A stretch of 64,000 nt of DNA from Gemmatimonadota bacterium. GTDB taxonomy: Bacteria > Gemmatimonadota > Gemmatimonadetes > Gemmatimonadales > GWC2-71-9. Positions 1-9,540 of this stretch are shown here, in pieces. The notes under the pieces were generated by a model. That model ran no database searches. It worked only from the letters and a program-made list of their open reading frames with translations, and was not told the DNA's origin. The translations under genes were made by a program, and so were the position numbers. The DNA lies in contig JANLPG010000078.1 in assembly GCA_031367105.1 (NCBI GenBank), forward strand, positions 10,954 through 74,953, written 5' to 3'. Each line of letters starts with the position of its first letter. The first letter of the stretch is position 1.

Positions 1-420
1 GTCGACCAGCAGCACGTCGATCCCCTGCAGCATCGCGGCCGTGGGAGCGGCAGTCGCCCCATAGAGCGAGTAGATTGGGATGTTGTTTGCGCTGTCGACG
101 CTCGAGGCCACCCGTTCGCCGGGCGCAGCCGAGGCGCTGAGTCCGTGCTCGGGACCGAACAGGGCGACCAGTCGGACGCCAGCCGCCCGCAGGCGGGGGA
201 TCGCACCGATGCCCTTGGAGTCCACCGCGGCAAGATTGGTGACCAGTCCCACCCGCTTTCCGGTGACCAGCGCCATCGAATCGGAGAGCAGCACTTCGAG
301 CCCGGGATGCACCCTGGCCCCGGACGTGGTGCCTTGCGCGAGCGGGCCCGAGCGCGCGCACGCAGGCAGCAGCAGTACCGCCACCCACCCTCTGCGCACG
401 AAACGACTGTGTCCTTGCAT
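1..420 (-). CDS. namZ: DUF1343/NamZ-type exo-beta-N-acetylmuramidase, N-terminal 140 aa (gene continues past window start)
   Basis: Not in the ORF track because it is open at the window edge. My translation from the ATG at 420 reads MQGHSRFVRRGWVAVLLLPACA...VHPGLEVLL...GKRVGLVTNLAAVDSKG...ALFGPEHGL...IPIYSLYG...MLQGIDVLLVD. These are the conserved N-terminal blocks of the DUF1343 family. A signal peptide is present. Confidence 0.7.
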   Translation of the reverse strand, partial: MQGHSRFVRRGWVAVLLLPACARSGPLAQGTTSGARVHPGLEVLLSDSMALVTGKRVGLVTNLAAVDSKGIGAIPRLRAAGVRLVALFGPEHGLSASAAPGERVASSVDSANNIPIYSLYGATAAPTAAMLQGIDVLLVD

Positions 421-2304
421 TCCCGCTCCTGTCGTTCGCTGGTAATCCTCGCCCTCGCGTCGTGCGCGCCTGCTTCGACGCCACACCCTGCGCCGATTCC
501 GGTGGTGCCGGATCGAGGGCCGCTGACCGTATTTCCGGCCAGTCGCGATACCATCACACCACTGCTCGGCACCCTCTCCGTCCGCCAGAAGGTGGCGCAG
601 CTGGTTATGCCGTGGCTACTGGGCGACTACGTCCCGAGTGACGATGCGACGATGCGGCGCGCCCTGATGTGGGTCGACTCCCTCCAGGTGGGTGGCATCA
701 TCATCTCCACCGGCACACCGTATGATATCGCCGCGAAGTTGAATGCGTTGCAGCGCCGCGCGCCACTCCCCCTCCTGATCTCCGCCGATTTCGAGGGCGG
801 CACGGTGATGAGGATGGCGGGCGGCACCGCTTTCCCCACCCAGATGGGCGTCGGTGCGACCGGCAACGTCGACGATGCCTACCAGATGGGACGCATCACG
901 GCCATCGAAGGCCGCGCCGTTGGCGTGCATCTGGCCTTCGCCCCGGTCGCCGACATCAATAGCAATCCCAACAACCCGATCATCAACACCCGCTCCTTCG
1001 GTGCCGACCCGCGAGAGGTGGGGTTGCTCGTCGCGGCCACCGTCAGGGGGATGCGCGATGGCGGGATTCTCTCCACTGCCAAGCACTTCCCCGGACACGG
1101 CGACACCGAGACCGACTCGCATCTGTCGCTCCCGACCATTACAGCACCCTGGGCCCGCTTCGATTCGCTCGAACTGGTCCCGTTCCGCGCCGCCATCGCC
1201 GCCGGCGTCGATGCGGTGATGTCGGCACATATCGCCGTGCCCGGCCTCGACAACGGCGCGTCGCGGCCGGGTACCCTCTCTCCGGCGGTGCTGACCGGGA
1301 TTCTCCGCGACTCACTCCACTTCAAGGGACTGGTCACGACCGACGCGCTCGATATGGGCGCCATCGCCAAGGAGATTTCGCCGAGCGAGGCGGTGATTCG
1401 TGCCTTTGAGGCTGGCAGTGACCTCCTCCTGATGCCGGCGAATCCAGTCGATGCCATCAATGCGATGAGCGCCGCCGTCGAAAGCGGGCGAATCACGGTG
1501 GCGCGACTCGACCGCTCAGTGCGAAAAGTGCTGGAATTCAAGCAACAGATGGGACTCTTTCAGCAGCGGATCGTCGATCTCACGAAAATTCCCGATCTCG
1601 TGGGTCGGGTGCAATTCCGTGAGATCGCGCGGGATGTCACCGAGCGCTCGCTCGTCCTGCTCAAGGATTCCCTCGGCACCGTGGATTCGCTGCGGGCTCG
1701 CAGCAGCAAGGTGGCACTGATCACGGTGGCGGATGGCAGCACGGTGCTGGGGAGTGCGCTTGCCGCCGAGATGCGGAAGGGCGGTCACACCGTCACCACC
1801 GTGACGATCCCGACGGAGCCCTCTCCCAAGGAGCTCGAGCGCGCACTCGCTGCCATCAGTGAGGCCAACACCACACTCCTGGCCACGGCAGTGCGCTGGG
1901 GATCCTACAAGGGCACCGTCGGACTCAACCCGGCCACCGCTTCGCTGCTCGCCGACCTCGCGTCACGCAAGCCGACACTGCTGATCTCGTTCGGGTCGCC
2001 GTACATCATCAGTCAGGTGCCGGCGGCGGGGAGCTATCTCATTGCCTGGGCCAATACCCCGATGGTCGAGACGGCCGTGGGTATGGCACTCACTCGAAAA
2101 ATCGGCATCACTGGTACCACGCCGACGCCGATTCCGCCGCTCTTCCCGAGTCACAGTGGGCTCCTCCGACCTCAGCTTGAATCCCGGCGGGGTGAGTTCT
2201 TGAAGGTTCCCCGCCTTCGTCCGGGAGTCCCGCTCGACGTGAACCCGGAGCTCCTTCGTGAACCGGTTCGCCCGCGCCGAACCAACAGCGAGCTGCCACG
2301 CTGA
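409..2304 (+). CDS. nagZ: glycoside hydrolase family 3 beta-N-acetylglucosaminidase (NagZ-like), lipoprotein
   Basis: ORF track 145..2304. GH3 signature KHFPGHGDTETDSHLSLP. Start trimmed to the GTG at 409 (residue 89 of the track ORF), which exposes signal/lipobox LVILALASC. The upstream part of the track ORF overlaps the divergent namZ. Confidence 0.85.
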   Translation: MSLHSRSCRSLVILALASCAPASTPHPAPIPVVPDRGPLTVFPASRDTITPLLGTLSVRQKVAQLVMPWLLGDYVPSDDATMRRALMWVDSLQVGGIIISTGTPYDIAAKLNALQRRAPLPLLISADFEGGTVMRMAGGTAFPTQMGVGATGNVDDAYQMGRITAIEGRAVGVHLAFAPVADINSNPNNPIINTRSFGADPREVGLLVAATVRGMRDGGILSTAKHFPGHGDTETDSHLSLPTITAPWARFDSLELVPFRAAIAAGVDAVMSAHIAVPGLDNGASRPGTLSPAVLTGILRDSLHFKGLVTTDALDMGAIAKEISPSEAVIRAFEAGSDLLLMPANPVDAINAMSAAVESGRITVARLDRSVRKVLEFKQQMGLFQQRIVDLTKIPDLVGRVQFREIARDVTERSLVLLKDSLGTVDSLRARSSKVALITVADGSTVLGSALAAEMRKGGHTVTTVTIPTEPSPKELERALAAISEANTTLLATAVRWGSYKGTVGLNPATASLLADLASRKPTLLISFGSPYIISQVPAAGSYLIAWANTPMVETAVGMALTRKIGITGTTPTPIPPLFPSHSGLLRPQLESRRGEFLKVPRLRPGVPLDVNPELLREPVRPRRTNSELPR

Positions 2305-3527
2305 TGCCCCAGCCGCACCTTGGATGGGCCGCGGTACTCCTCGGTCTCGGGGTGAACGCCTGTGCGTCGCACCCGCCGCACACCGCGCCACTCCCCACCT
2401 CGGCCCCACTCGCCGCGCGGCTCGCGGGTGCGCAGCGCGTGCTCGACTCGGCGATCACCGCGGGTGCGGCGCCAGGTGCGGTGCTCGCGGTATCGATCAA
2501 AGGTGAACGCTTCGTCTACGCCACCGGCCGGCTGGGTGTAGCCGATGCCACGCGGCCGTCCGCCTCCACGCTCTACGATATGGCGTCGCTCAGTAAGGTG
2601 ATTGTGCTCACCACCCTTGCGATGGAGGCCGTGGCCGAAGGAAAGCTCGACCTCGACGCTCCAGTGGTCAGATACCTTCCCGATTTCGTGCGCGGCATCG
2701 GCGACAAGACCCACGTCACTGTGCGTGACCTGTTGCTCCACGACAGCGGCCTGCCGGCCCACCGCCCGCTCTGGAAGGAGAGCTTGGTACGGAGGGGCGC
2801 CATCCTCCGCACCATCACCAGCGACCTGATCACGCCACCGGGTACCGAGATGGTGTACTCCGACCTCGGGGCGATCACCCTCACCACGATTCTCGAGCAG
2901 CTCTATGGCAGACGGATCGACAAGCTGTTCGCCGCGAGAGTGACCCGACCCCTCGGATTGCATCGGATGCGCTACCTGCCGCCGAGGGGGTGGCGCAGCG
3001 AAATCGCCCCGACCGAGAACGATCCCTGGCGTGGCAGGATCCTCCGCGGCGAGGTCCACGACGAAAACGCTGCCCGGCTCGGCGGAGTCTCGGGGCACGC
3101 AGGGCTCTTCGCTTCCGCCGAGGACCTGCTCCGCTTCGGCGAGTGGGCGCTGGCTGGAGCACTGGGGCGAACCGTCGCCGACGCCCCTGCTCCACCCCGT
3201 GAGTTTGCCACCTGGACTCTCACACAGGACCACCCCCGTGGCTCCTCCCGAGGCCTCGGCTGGGACACTCCCTCGGGGGTGAGCAGCGCCGGGTCGATTA
3301 TGTCTTCCCGCTCCTTCGGCCACACCGGCTTCACCGGGACCTCCATCTGGGTCGACCCCACCCGGGAGGTGGTGATCGTCCTCCTCACCAACCGGGTCAA
3401 CCCGACCCGGAATACCCCCAAGTTCGGGTTGATCCGCCCAGTGGTAGCCGATGCCGTGATGGCCGCCCTCTTCCCGGGGACGGCACCTCGGGAACCCACC
3501 CGCGCTCCCCATCGTTCTCCGAATTGA
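2304..3527 (+). CDS. beta-lactamase-fold serine hydrolase, lipoprotein; probably an AmiE-type MurNAc-L-Ala amidase rather than a resistance enzyme
   Basis: SxxK motif in MASLSKVIVLT and lipobox LGVNAC. The ATG overlaps the nagZ TGA by 1 nt. The context (namZ, nagZ) mirrors the Bacillus amiE-nagZ-namZ arrangement. Confidence 0.8.
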   Translation: MPQPHLGWAAVLLGLGVNACASHPPHTAPLPTSAPLAARLAGAQRVLDSAITAGAAPGAVLAVSIKGERFVYATGRLGVADATRPSASTLYDMASLSKVIVLTTLAMEAVAEGKLDLDAPVVRYLPDFVRGIGDKTHVTVRDLLLHDSGLPAHRPLWKESLVRRGAILRTITSDLITPPGTEMVYSDLGAITLTTILEQLYGRRIDKLFAARVTRPLGLHRMRYLPPRGWRSEIAPTENDPWRGRILRGEVHDENAARLGGVSGHAGLFASAEDLLRFGEWALAGALGRTVADAPAPPREFATWTLTQDHPRGSSRGLGWDTPSGVSSAGSIMSSRSFGHTGFTGTSIWVDPTREVVIVLLTNRVNPTRNTPKFGLIRPVVADAVMAALFPGTAPREPTRAPHRSPN

Positions 3528-3584
3528 CCCAGGTGCCCTCCCCGACCTAAGTTTTTGGTACCTAACCAGTTGCTGGAGTGCGAG

Positions 3585-3953
3585 ATGAATGAGACGACGA
3601 CCCAGGCCCTTCCCGACGGCTTCGTGCTGACCATCACCGATCACGCTGCCGGCGAAGTCGCCAAGTTCGTAAGCGCCGAGGGCGTGCCGGTGGAGACGGC
3701 GGGACTGCGCGTCTCGGTGCTCCCTGGCGGCTGCTCCGGCTTCAAGTACTCGCTCAACATCGAAGACAAGCCGGCCGAAGACGATATGACCGCGGAAATC
3801 AACGGCGTCCGGGTCTTCGTCGACGCCTTCTCCGCGCAATACCTCACCGGGGTAGTGATTGACTACACCTCCTCGATGCAAGGCAGCGGCTTCACGTTCA
3901 ACAATCCGAACGCCACGGGTGGGTGCGGCTGCGGGACCAGCTTTACGGCCTGA
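3585..3953 (+). CDS. erpA: HesB/IscA/ErpA-family iron-sulfur cluster insertion protein
   Basis: ORF track 3555..3953. Internal ATG at 3585 is preceded by GGAG. Family hallmarks are GGCSGFKY and the C-terminal CGCGTSF. Confidence 0.85.
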   Translation: MNETTTQALPDGFVLTITDHAAGEVAKFVSAEGVPVETAGLRVSVLPGGCSGFKYSLNIEDKPAEDDMTAEINGVRVFVDAFSAQYLTGVVIDYTSSMQGSGFTFNNPNATGGCGCGTSFTA

Positions 3954-3986
3954 GTGGCCGTCCTCTGCGATGAGTGGCAGGAACGA

Positions 3987-4016
3987 GGGCTTCCGTGGAG
4001 GAAGCCCTTTTCTCTT
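3987..4016 (+). terminator. intrinsic terminator after erpA
   Basis: GGGCTTCC (3987-3994), loop GTGGA, GGAAGCCC (4000-4007), followed by TTTTCTCTT. Confidence 0.75.
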
Positions 4017-4039
4017 CACCGGCAAACCACGGCGCGACT

Positions 4040-5515
4040 TTGAATCCCATCGATCTCTCCATCATCATCGCGTACTTTGTGGCCACGTTGGGGATCGGTT
4101 TCTGGGTCTCTCGCGGCCAGAAGTCCTCCGGCGATTATTTTCTCGGTGCCCGGGACCTTCCAGCGTGGGGCGTGCTGCTGTCGATTGTGGCGACCGAGAC
4201 GTCAGCCCTGACCGTAATCTCGATTCCCGGCGTCGGCGCCCGGGGCGACCTGACTTTTCTGCAGCTGCCATTCGGCTATCTGATTGGCCGCATCGGTGTC
4301 GCACTCTGGCTGCTCCCAGGGTATTTCCGTGGGGACCAGGAAACGGCCTACGCCCGGCTGGAGTCACGCTTCGGGACCTCGACTCGCCGGCTGCTCTCGA
4401 TGGTCTTTCTTGTCACCCGTTTCCTCGGTGATGGCGTCCGGGTCTTTGCCGGCGCGATCCCGCTGGCGCTGCTCACCGGGTGGAGCATTCCGGCCGCGAT
4501 CCTCGCCATGGGGACGATCACATTGATCTACACCTACTTCGGTGGCATCAAGGCGGTGATCTATGCCGATGTGATCCAGCTGATGGTGTACATCGCGGGA
4601 GGGGTCGCTGCGTTGGTCATCGCCATCCAACTGGCGGGCGGCCTCGAGCAGGCACACGCGCTTGCCGCTGCCGCTGGCAAATTGCGGGTCTTTGATTTTC
4701 ACCTGTCGCTCACGACGCCGTACACCTTCCTGGGTGGATTGCTCGGTGGCGCGCTCCTCGCAGCGGCATCGCACGGCACCGACCACCTGATCGTACAGCG
4801 GCTGTTGGCCACGCGCTCGTTGCGTGACGCACGGATCGCACTGGTAGGATCGGGTGTGGTCGTGATTCTCCAGTTCACGCTTTTCCTGCTGGTAGGAGTC
4901 GCGCTCTGGGCTGCGCAGCTGGCGCCCACTGATGTGCCGGCGGACAAGCTGTTCGGCGCATTCATCCTCGCCCACCTGCCAGTCGGCCTTGCCGGGCTCG
5001 TCATCGCTGGTATCCTCGCGGCAGCGATGAGTTCGCACTCCTCGGCCATCAACGCCCTTGCCTCCTCGATGACGCACGACCTCTACGCGGGCTACACCGG
5101 CGAAACCGACCCTGCCAAGCTGCTGCGCGTGGGCAGGATCGTTTCCTTCGCGTGGGGCGTGGCGTTGATGGGAGCCGCACTCGGATTCCACCTGCTCGAA
5201 ACCGCCAGTGACACGCCGGTGGTCGTGCTGGCGCTCTCGATCGCCTCGGTGACCTACGGGGCCACCCTGGGTGTCTACTTCCTGAGCGGTGCTGGCCCGC
5301 GCATCGCCGGTGTCGACGTGATTCGTGGCGCCTGCATTACGATGGGAGTGATGCTGGTGACGATCTTTGCGAAACAGCTGGCTCTCCACGGAGTCCCCGT
5401 GCTCGCCCCGCTCGGCCGGCTGGCGTGGCCGTGGTATGTCCCAATGGGTCTGATCATCACGCTGCTCGTCGCGAATCTCTCGGCAACTGTGCGTGGCAGA
5501 GGCGTGAAAGCGTGA
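4040..5515 (+). CDS. sodium:solute symporter (SSF) family transporter
   Basis: ORF track 3974..5515. Start moved to the TTG at 4040 because the track start lies inside the erpA terminator. The N-terminus NPIDLSIIIAYFVATLGIGFW...GDYFLGARDLP and the multi-TM profile are typical of SSF. Confidence 0.8.
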   Translation: MNPIDLSIIIAYFVATLGIGFWVSRGQKSSGDYFLGARDLPAWGVLLSIVATETSALTVISIPGVGARGDLTFLQLPFGYLIGRIGVALWLLPGYFRGDQETAYARLESRFGTSTRRLLSMVFLVTRFLGDGVRVFAGAIPLALLTGWSIPAAILAMGTITLIYTYFGGIKAVIYADVIQLMVYIAGGVAALVIAIQLAGGLEQAHALAAAAGKLRVFDFHLSLTTPYTFLGGLLGGALLAAASHGTDHLIVQRLLATRSLRDARIALVGSGVVVILQFTLFLLVGVALWAAQLAPTDVPADKLFGAFILAHLPVGLAGLVIAGILAAAMSSHSSAINALASSMTHDLYAGYTGETDPAKLLRVGRIVSFAWGVALMGAALGFHLLETASDTPVVVLALSIASVTYGATLGVYFLSGAGPRIAGVDVIRGACITMGVMLVTIFAKQLALHGVPVLAPLGRLAWPWYVPMGLIITLLVANLSATVRGRGVKA

Positions 5516-6387
5516 TCGTCCTCGGCGCTGACGTCGGCGGAACTTCGGCGCGCGTCGTACTCTATCACGGCGAGTCGGAGCGCGGACGTGCCGAGGGGCC
5601 GGGCGGTCCAATGCGAGCGGGGGAGGGTGTCCGGCTCGCCGAGCGCCTCGCCGAGCTCGCCCGACCGTTACTCTTGCGTGAGGGAAGCGTGCGCGCCGAT
5701 GCGTTCGTGGTGGGTGCCTCCGGCGCCGGACGCGCGGCGGAACAAGTGGAACTGCAAGGCGCGCTTGAAAAACAACGACTCGCCTGGCGAGTGCGCGTTA
5801 CCAGTGATGCCGAACTGGCACGCGCCGCGGCCTTTGCCGGTGGAGCCGGAGTGCTGCTGATTGCCGGCACCGGCAGCATTGCGCTCGCGCGCGCTCAGGA
5901 CGGCAGTGAGCGTCGCGTCGGCGGACGCGGCTGGCGAATGGGCGATCAGGGCTCGGCCCACTGGATCGGGGCCCGTGCCCTCGAGGCGGTCGGTGCAATG
6001 CACGACGGCCTCGGCCCGGCAACCCGGCTCGCCGAAGCCCTCTGTGTCGCGGCAAAGGTCGCCGGAATCGCGGGCTTGATCCGTTGGTCGGTCAAGGCGA
6101 CCCCGGCCGAAGTCGCCGCGCTCGCCCCGGCGGTCATCCACTGCGCCGACGGTGGCGATCCCAGTGCCCTTGAGCTCCGGGAGCGTGCGGTCGACTGGTT
6201 GGTGCGGATCGCGGTGGCTGCGGGGGCAGGACCGCTCCCCGTGGCGCTCTCTGGCGGGCTGCTCGCACCCGATCGCGGATTGCGGGAGCGCGTCGCGACC
6301 GCGCTCGAGCGTCGTCATTCCGCGACCGTCTCTCGCCGTGCGATCGACCCCTGCCGCGGCGCCGTCGTGCTCGCCGAACGCGGCTGA
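5512..6387 (+). CDS. BadF/BadG/BcrA/BcrD-type ATPase, N-acetylglucosamine/MurNAc kinase-like
   Basis: ORF track 5425..6387. The GTG at 5512 overlaps the symporter stop (GTGA). Motifs: LGADVGGTS, LIAGTGSI, GGRGWRMGDQGSAHWIG. Confidence 0.8.
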   Translation: MIVLGADVGGTSARVVLYHGESERGRAEGPGGPMRAGEGVRLAERLAELARPLLLREGSVRADAFVVGASGAGRAAEQVELQGALEKQRLAWRVRVTSDAELARAAAFAGGAGVLLIAGTGSIALARAQDGSERRVGGRGWRMGDQGSAHWIGARALEAVGAMHDGLGPATRLAEALCVAAKVAGIAGLIRWSVKATPAEVAALAPAVIHCADGGDPSALELRERAVDWLVRIAVAAGAGPLPVALSGGLLAPDRGLRERVATALERRHSATVSRRAIDPCRGAVVLAERG

Positions 6388-6490
6388 CCGTCTACCGACC
6401 GTGCCGCTGACACGCTATCCCGCCGCAGCCGTCGGCACAGCTTTCGGCCACGGTCACGTTTTCATACCTGGACCCATCGAGGAGCGGCTT

Positions 6491-8029
6491 GTGAATCGTC
6501 GTCTCATTGCCGTGCTGGCTGTGCTGGCCGCAGCTGCGGTGTCGCCACTTTCAGCGCAGAGCCGAAGCGCCAGTCGCGATCTCTTCGGGCAGGTCCTTGG
6601 CCTGGTCGCCGAGACTGCCGTCGACTCTCTCCCGCTCGATTCGCTGTACGAGCGCGCCGCGCGGGGACTGGTTGCGCAACTCAACGACCCGTACGCCGAC
6701 CTGCTCTCGCCGAAGCAGATCGCCGACTTTCAGCGCAACGCCCTCGGAAACAAGTATGCCGGGATCGGGGCGCAGATCCGGAGTCAAGGCGATCGCGTCA
6801 CCCTCTTTCGGGTCTATGCCGACGCTCCGGCAGCTCGAGCAGGGCTACGACAGGGAGACAGGATCCTGACGGTCGACACGGTGGCGGTCTCCGGACTCCC
6901 GGTCGCCAAGGTCACGTCGTATCTCCTGGGTCCAGCGGGCACCGATGTCACCGTTGTCTATCAGCGTGTCCCCGAGGCCACACCGCGCACCACCGTGGTG
7001 CACCGGGGCGAGATTCGCATCCCTGCCGTGCCGTTCACGCTCCTGCTCGGCGACCACGTCGGCTACGTCCCGATTCAGCGATTCAACGCGACCGCGGCGC
7101 TGGATGTTGCGGCAGCCGTGGCGCAGCTCGCACACGATGGCGCGCGCCGCTACGTCCTCGATCTCCGCGGCAACCCCGGCGGCGACCTCGATGCAGCGAC
7201 TGCGATGGCAGGGCTGTTCCTGAAGTCGGGCCAGGAAGTCGCCCGGGTGAAGCACCGCGGCCTCGATCCGATCCTCTACCGCGCCACCCAGACTGCACTG
7301 ATCGGTGACGCGCCGATCGCGGTGCTTGTCGATGGCGGCTCCGCCTCAGCCTCGGAGATCGTGGCCGGGAGCCTTCAGGACCACGATCGCGCGCTGGTAG
7401 TCGGGACGCGATCCTTCGGGAAGGGATTGGTGCAGACGCAGCGGGTGCTCCCCGGCGGCTGGGCGCTGCGGATTACGACGGGCAAATGGTATACGCCCAG
7501 CGGCCGCTCCATTCAGGCCGACCACGGCGGCCTCGGCGATGAACGTTTCATCGAAGCAGATAGCGTGGGGGGGCGTCCGATCTTTCACTCCGATGCGGGA
7601 CGCGTCGTGATCGGTGGCGGCGGAGTGACCCCCGAGCAGATCGTCCGACCGGATTCGGCGTCGGCAGGAGAGCAGGAGCTCGCGCGCGCCCTGGGCAACC
7701 GGCAGTTGGAATTTCAGGATGCCGTCTACGAGGTCGCGCGGGAACTGCAGTCAACCATCCGCCCCGGCTTCAGCATCCAGCCGGCGTGGCGTGACTCCCT
7801 CTTCGCGCGCATCACGCGCGCCAAGCTGCCGGTGACGCGAGAACAATTCGACGCGGCGCAGGGAACCGTAGATCGCCTGCTCGACAGCCAAGTCGCCGGC
7901 CTTGCGCTCGGGGATGGCGAAGCGTTCCGGCGCCAAGCTGGCCGGGACAAGGTGCTGTCGGCTGCCGTTGACCTGATCGATCAGGCGACAACCCAGCGCC
8001 AATTTCTCGCGATCGCCCCGAAGGGCTGA
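6491..8029 (+). CDS. S41 family C-terminal processing peptidase (Ctp/Prc-like) with PDZ domain
   Basis: ORF track 6152..8029. The GTG at 6491 follows GAGGAG and gives signal peptide VNRRLIAVLAVLAAAAVSPLSAQS. Motifs: LDLRGNPGGDL, SASASEIVAGSLQDHDRALVVGTRSFGKG. Confidence 0.9.
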   Translation: MNRRLIAVLAVLAAAAVSPLSAQSRSASRDLFGQVLGLVAETAVDSLPLDSLYERAARGLVAQLNDPYADLLSPKQIADFQRNALGNKYAGIGAQIRSQGDRVTLFRVYADAPAARAGLRQGDRILTVDTVAVSGLPVAKVTSYLLGPAGTDVTVVYQRVPEATPRTTVVHRGEIRIPAVPFTLLLGDHVGYVPIQRFNATAALDVAAAVAQLAHDGARRYVLDLRGNPGGDLDAATAMAGLFLKSGQEVARVKHRGLDPILYRATQTALIGDAPIAVLVDGGSASASEIVAGSLQDHDRALVVGTRSFGKGLVQTQRVLPGGWALRITTGKWYTPSGRSIQADHGGLGDERFIEADSVGGRPIFHSDAGRVVIGGGGVTPEQIVRPDSASAGEQELARALGNRQLEFQDAVYEVARELQSTIRPGFSIQPAWRDSLFARITRAKLPVTREQFDAAQGTVDRLLDSQVAGLALGDGEAFRRQAGRDKVLSAAVDLIDQATTQRQFLAIAPKG

Positions 8030-8033
8030 GCGA

Positions 8034-9533
8034 TCAGTCGAGCACGTCCGCAGCGACTTCGCGCCCGGTGCGCAGCACCGAGTGCTTGAAGCCGTAGGCG
8101 AAGTAGAGCACGACCCCGAGCAGCAGCCAGATTCCGAACCGCTCCCAGGCGGTGCGCGGCAGTCCGATCATCACGAAGACACAGGCCGCCGCGCCCGCTG
8201 GCGCCACGAACCAGATGAAGGGAACGCGGAAGCCACGTGGGCGCTCCGGCTCACGGATACGCAACACCAGGACGCCGACACACACCAGCGCGAACGCCGC
8301 AAGGGTACCGATGTTGGTCAGGTCATAGATCATATTCTCCTCGGCTCCGAGCGCGCCGAGTCCGACGAAGATGCCGGTAATGATTGTCGTGATGTGGGGA
8401 ACCCGCGTCCTGGGGTGAACCTTGGCCGCCCAGCGCGGCATCAGTCCGTCCTTCGCCATCCCGAAAAAAATCCGCGGTTGTCCATACTGGAACACCAGTA
8501 GCACTGCGGACAACGAAACCACCGCCCCCGCCGCAACGATCCAGCTGGTCTTGTGCAACCCGGCAAGTTCCAGGGCACGGGCGAGCGGATCCGACGCCGC
8601 CAGCTGCTGGTAGGGGACAATGCCGGTCGCGACCGCGCCGACGACGACATAGATGAAGGTGCAGATCGCCAATCCACCGAGAATCCCGATCGGGAGGTTC
8701 CGCTGGGGATTCTTCGTTTCCTCCGCCGCTGTCGACACCGCATCGAAGCCGATGTACGCGAAGAAGACGATCGCGGCACCCTGGTGAATCCCGCGGAAGC
8801 CATTCGGGGCGAACGGGACGTAGTTGGCCGGATTGATATGCTGCGCTCCGACGATCACAAACAGCGCCAGCACCGCCAGCTTGATCGCCACCATGATGTT
8901 GTTCGCACGGGCACTCTCGCGGACGCCACGCAGCAGCAGCCAGGTGATCAGGGCAACGATCGCGAACGCCGGCACGTTGAGAATGATCGGAACGCCGAAG
9001 AGGTGCGGGGCCGACTCGAGCAGGCCGTGGACCGCGGGATCGTTGCTGGTCGTGGCCTGGAGGTATCCGTGCGTCAGCCACGGCGGGAGCGTGACGCCGA
9101 GGCCGCTGAGCAGGGCGACAAAATAGCCACTCCACGCGACGGCAACGGCGATGTTGCCGACCGCGTATTCGAGAATCAGGTCCCAGCCGATAATCCACGC
9201 CAGCATCTCCCCGAGCGTGGCGTAGGTATAGGCGTAAGCGGATCCGGCCTGGGGGATCATCGAGGCGAGCTCCGCATAACACAGCGCCGCCAGACCGCAA
9301 ACGGCCCCCAGCAGCAGGAAGGAGAGAATCAGCGCGGGGCCGGCACCGGCTCGGATCACCGTGCCATCGCGCGCGATTTCACCCGCCGCCGCGGTGCCGA
9401 GGGAGGAAAAGATGCCGGCGCCGATGACGGCGCCGATGGCGAGCATGATCAGGTCGCCGGCGCCCAGGGTCCGAATCAGGCCACGGTCGGTCTCCCCGGC
9501 GATCGGCTTGCGCGCAAAGAATTGAGTGAGCAC
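8034..9533 (-). CDS. APC-family amino acid permease
   Basis: ORF track 8034..9632. Start set to the GTG at 9533 (residue 34) so that it follows the upstream tonB stop at 9541. Motif LIMLAIGAVIGAGIFSS and about 12 TM segments. Confidence 0.85.
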   Translation of the reverse strand: MLTQFFARKPIAGETDRGLIRTLGAGDLIMLAIGAVIGAGIFSSLGTAAAGEIARDGTVIRAGAGPALILSFLLLGAVCGLAALCYAELASMIPQAGSAYAYTYATLGEMLAWIIGWDLILEYAVGNIAVAVAWSGYFVALLSGLGVTLPPWLTHGYLQATTSNDPAVHGLLESAPHLFGVPIILNVPAFAIVALITWLLLRGVRESARANNIMVAIKLAVLALFVIVGAQHINPANYVPFAPNGFRGIHQGAAIVFFAYIGFDAVSTAAEETKNPQRNLPIGILGGLAICTFIYVVVGAVATGIVPYQQLAASDPLARALELAGLHKTSWIVAAGAVVSLSAVLLVFQYGQPRIFFGMAKDGLMPRWAAKVHPRTRVPHITTIITGIFVGLGALGAEENMIYDLTNIGTLAAFALVCVGVLVLRIREPERPRGFRVPFIWFVAPAGAAACVFVMIGLPRTAWERFGIWLLLGVVLYFAYGFKHSVLRTGREVAADVLD

Positions 9534-9540
9534 AGATCCC

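Noticed and set aside
145-408. N-terminal 88 residues of the track ORF for nagZ, together with ORF 80..445.
   Set aside because: The region is the coding sequence of the divergent namZ on the other strand. The nagZ signal peptide and lipobox begin at GTG 409.
2304-3527. Possible beta-lactamase antibiotic-resistance gene.
   Set aside because: Only the generic SxxK serine-hydrolase fold is visible. The lipoprotein signal and nagZ/namZ context favour a cell-wall recycling amidase or esterase. No mobile element or resistance context is present.
2172-4025. 617-aa minus-strand ORF across the serine hydrolase and erpA genes. Similar long shadow ORFs occur at 4364..5611(-), 19452..20786(+), 22763..24007(-), 25964..27094(+), 28905..30386(+), 41993..43825(+), 44354..45175(+), 47523..48821(-), 53185..54564(-) and 55416..56489(+).
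   Set aside because: Each lies opposite a gene with strong family signatures (SSF, PPIase, metallophosphoesterase, M16, M6, ActB/ActC, DinB, citrate synthase, SpeA). Each translates to low-complexity Arg/Gly/Pro-rich sequence.
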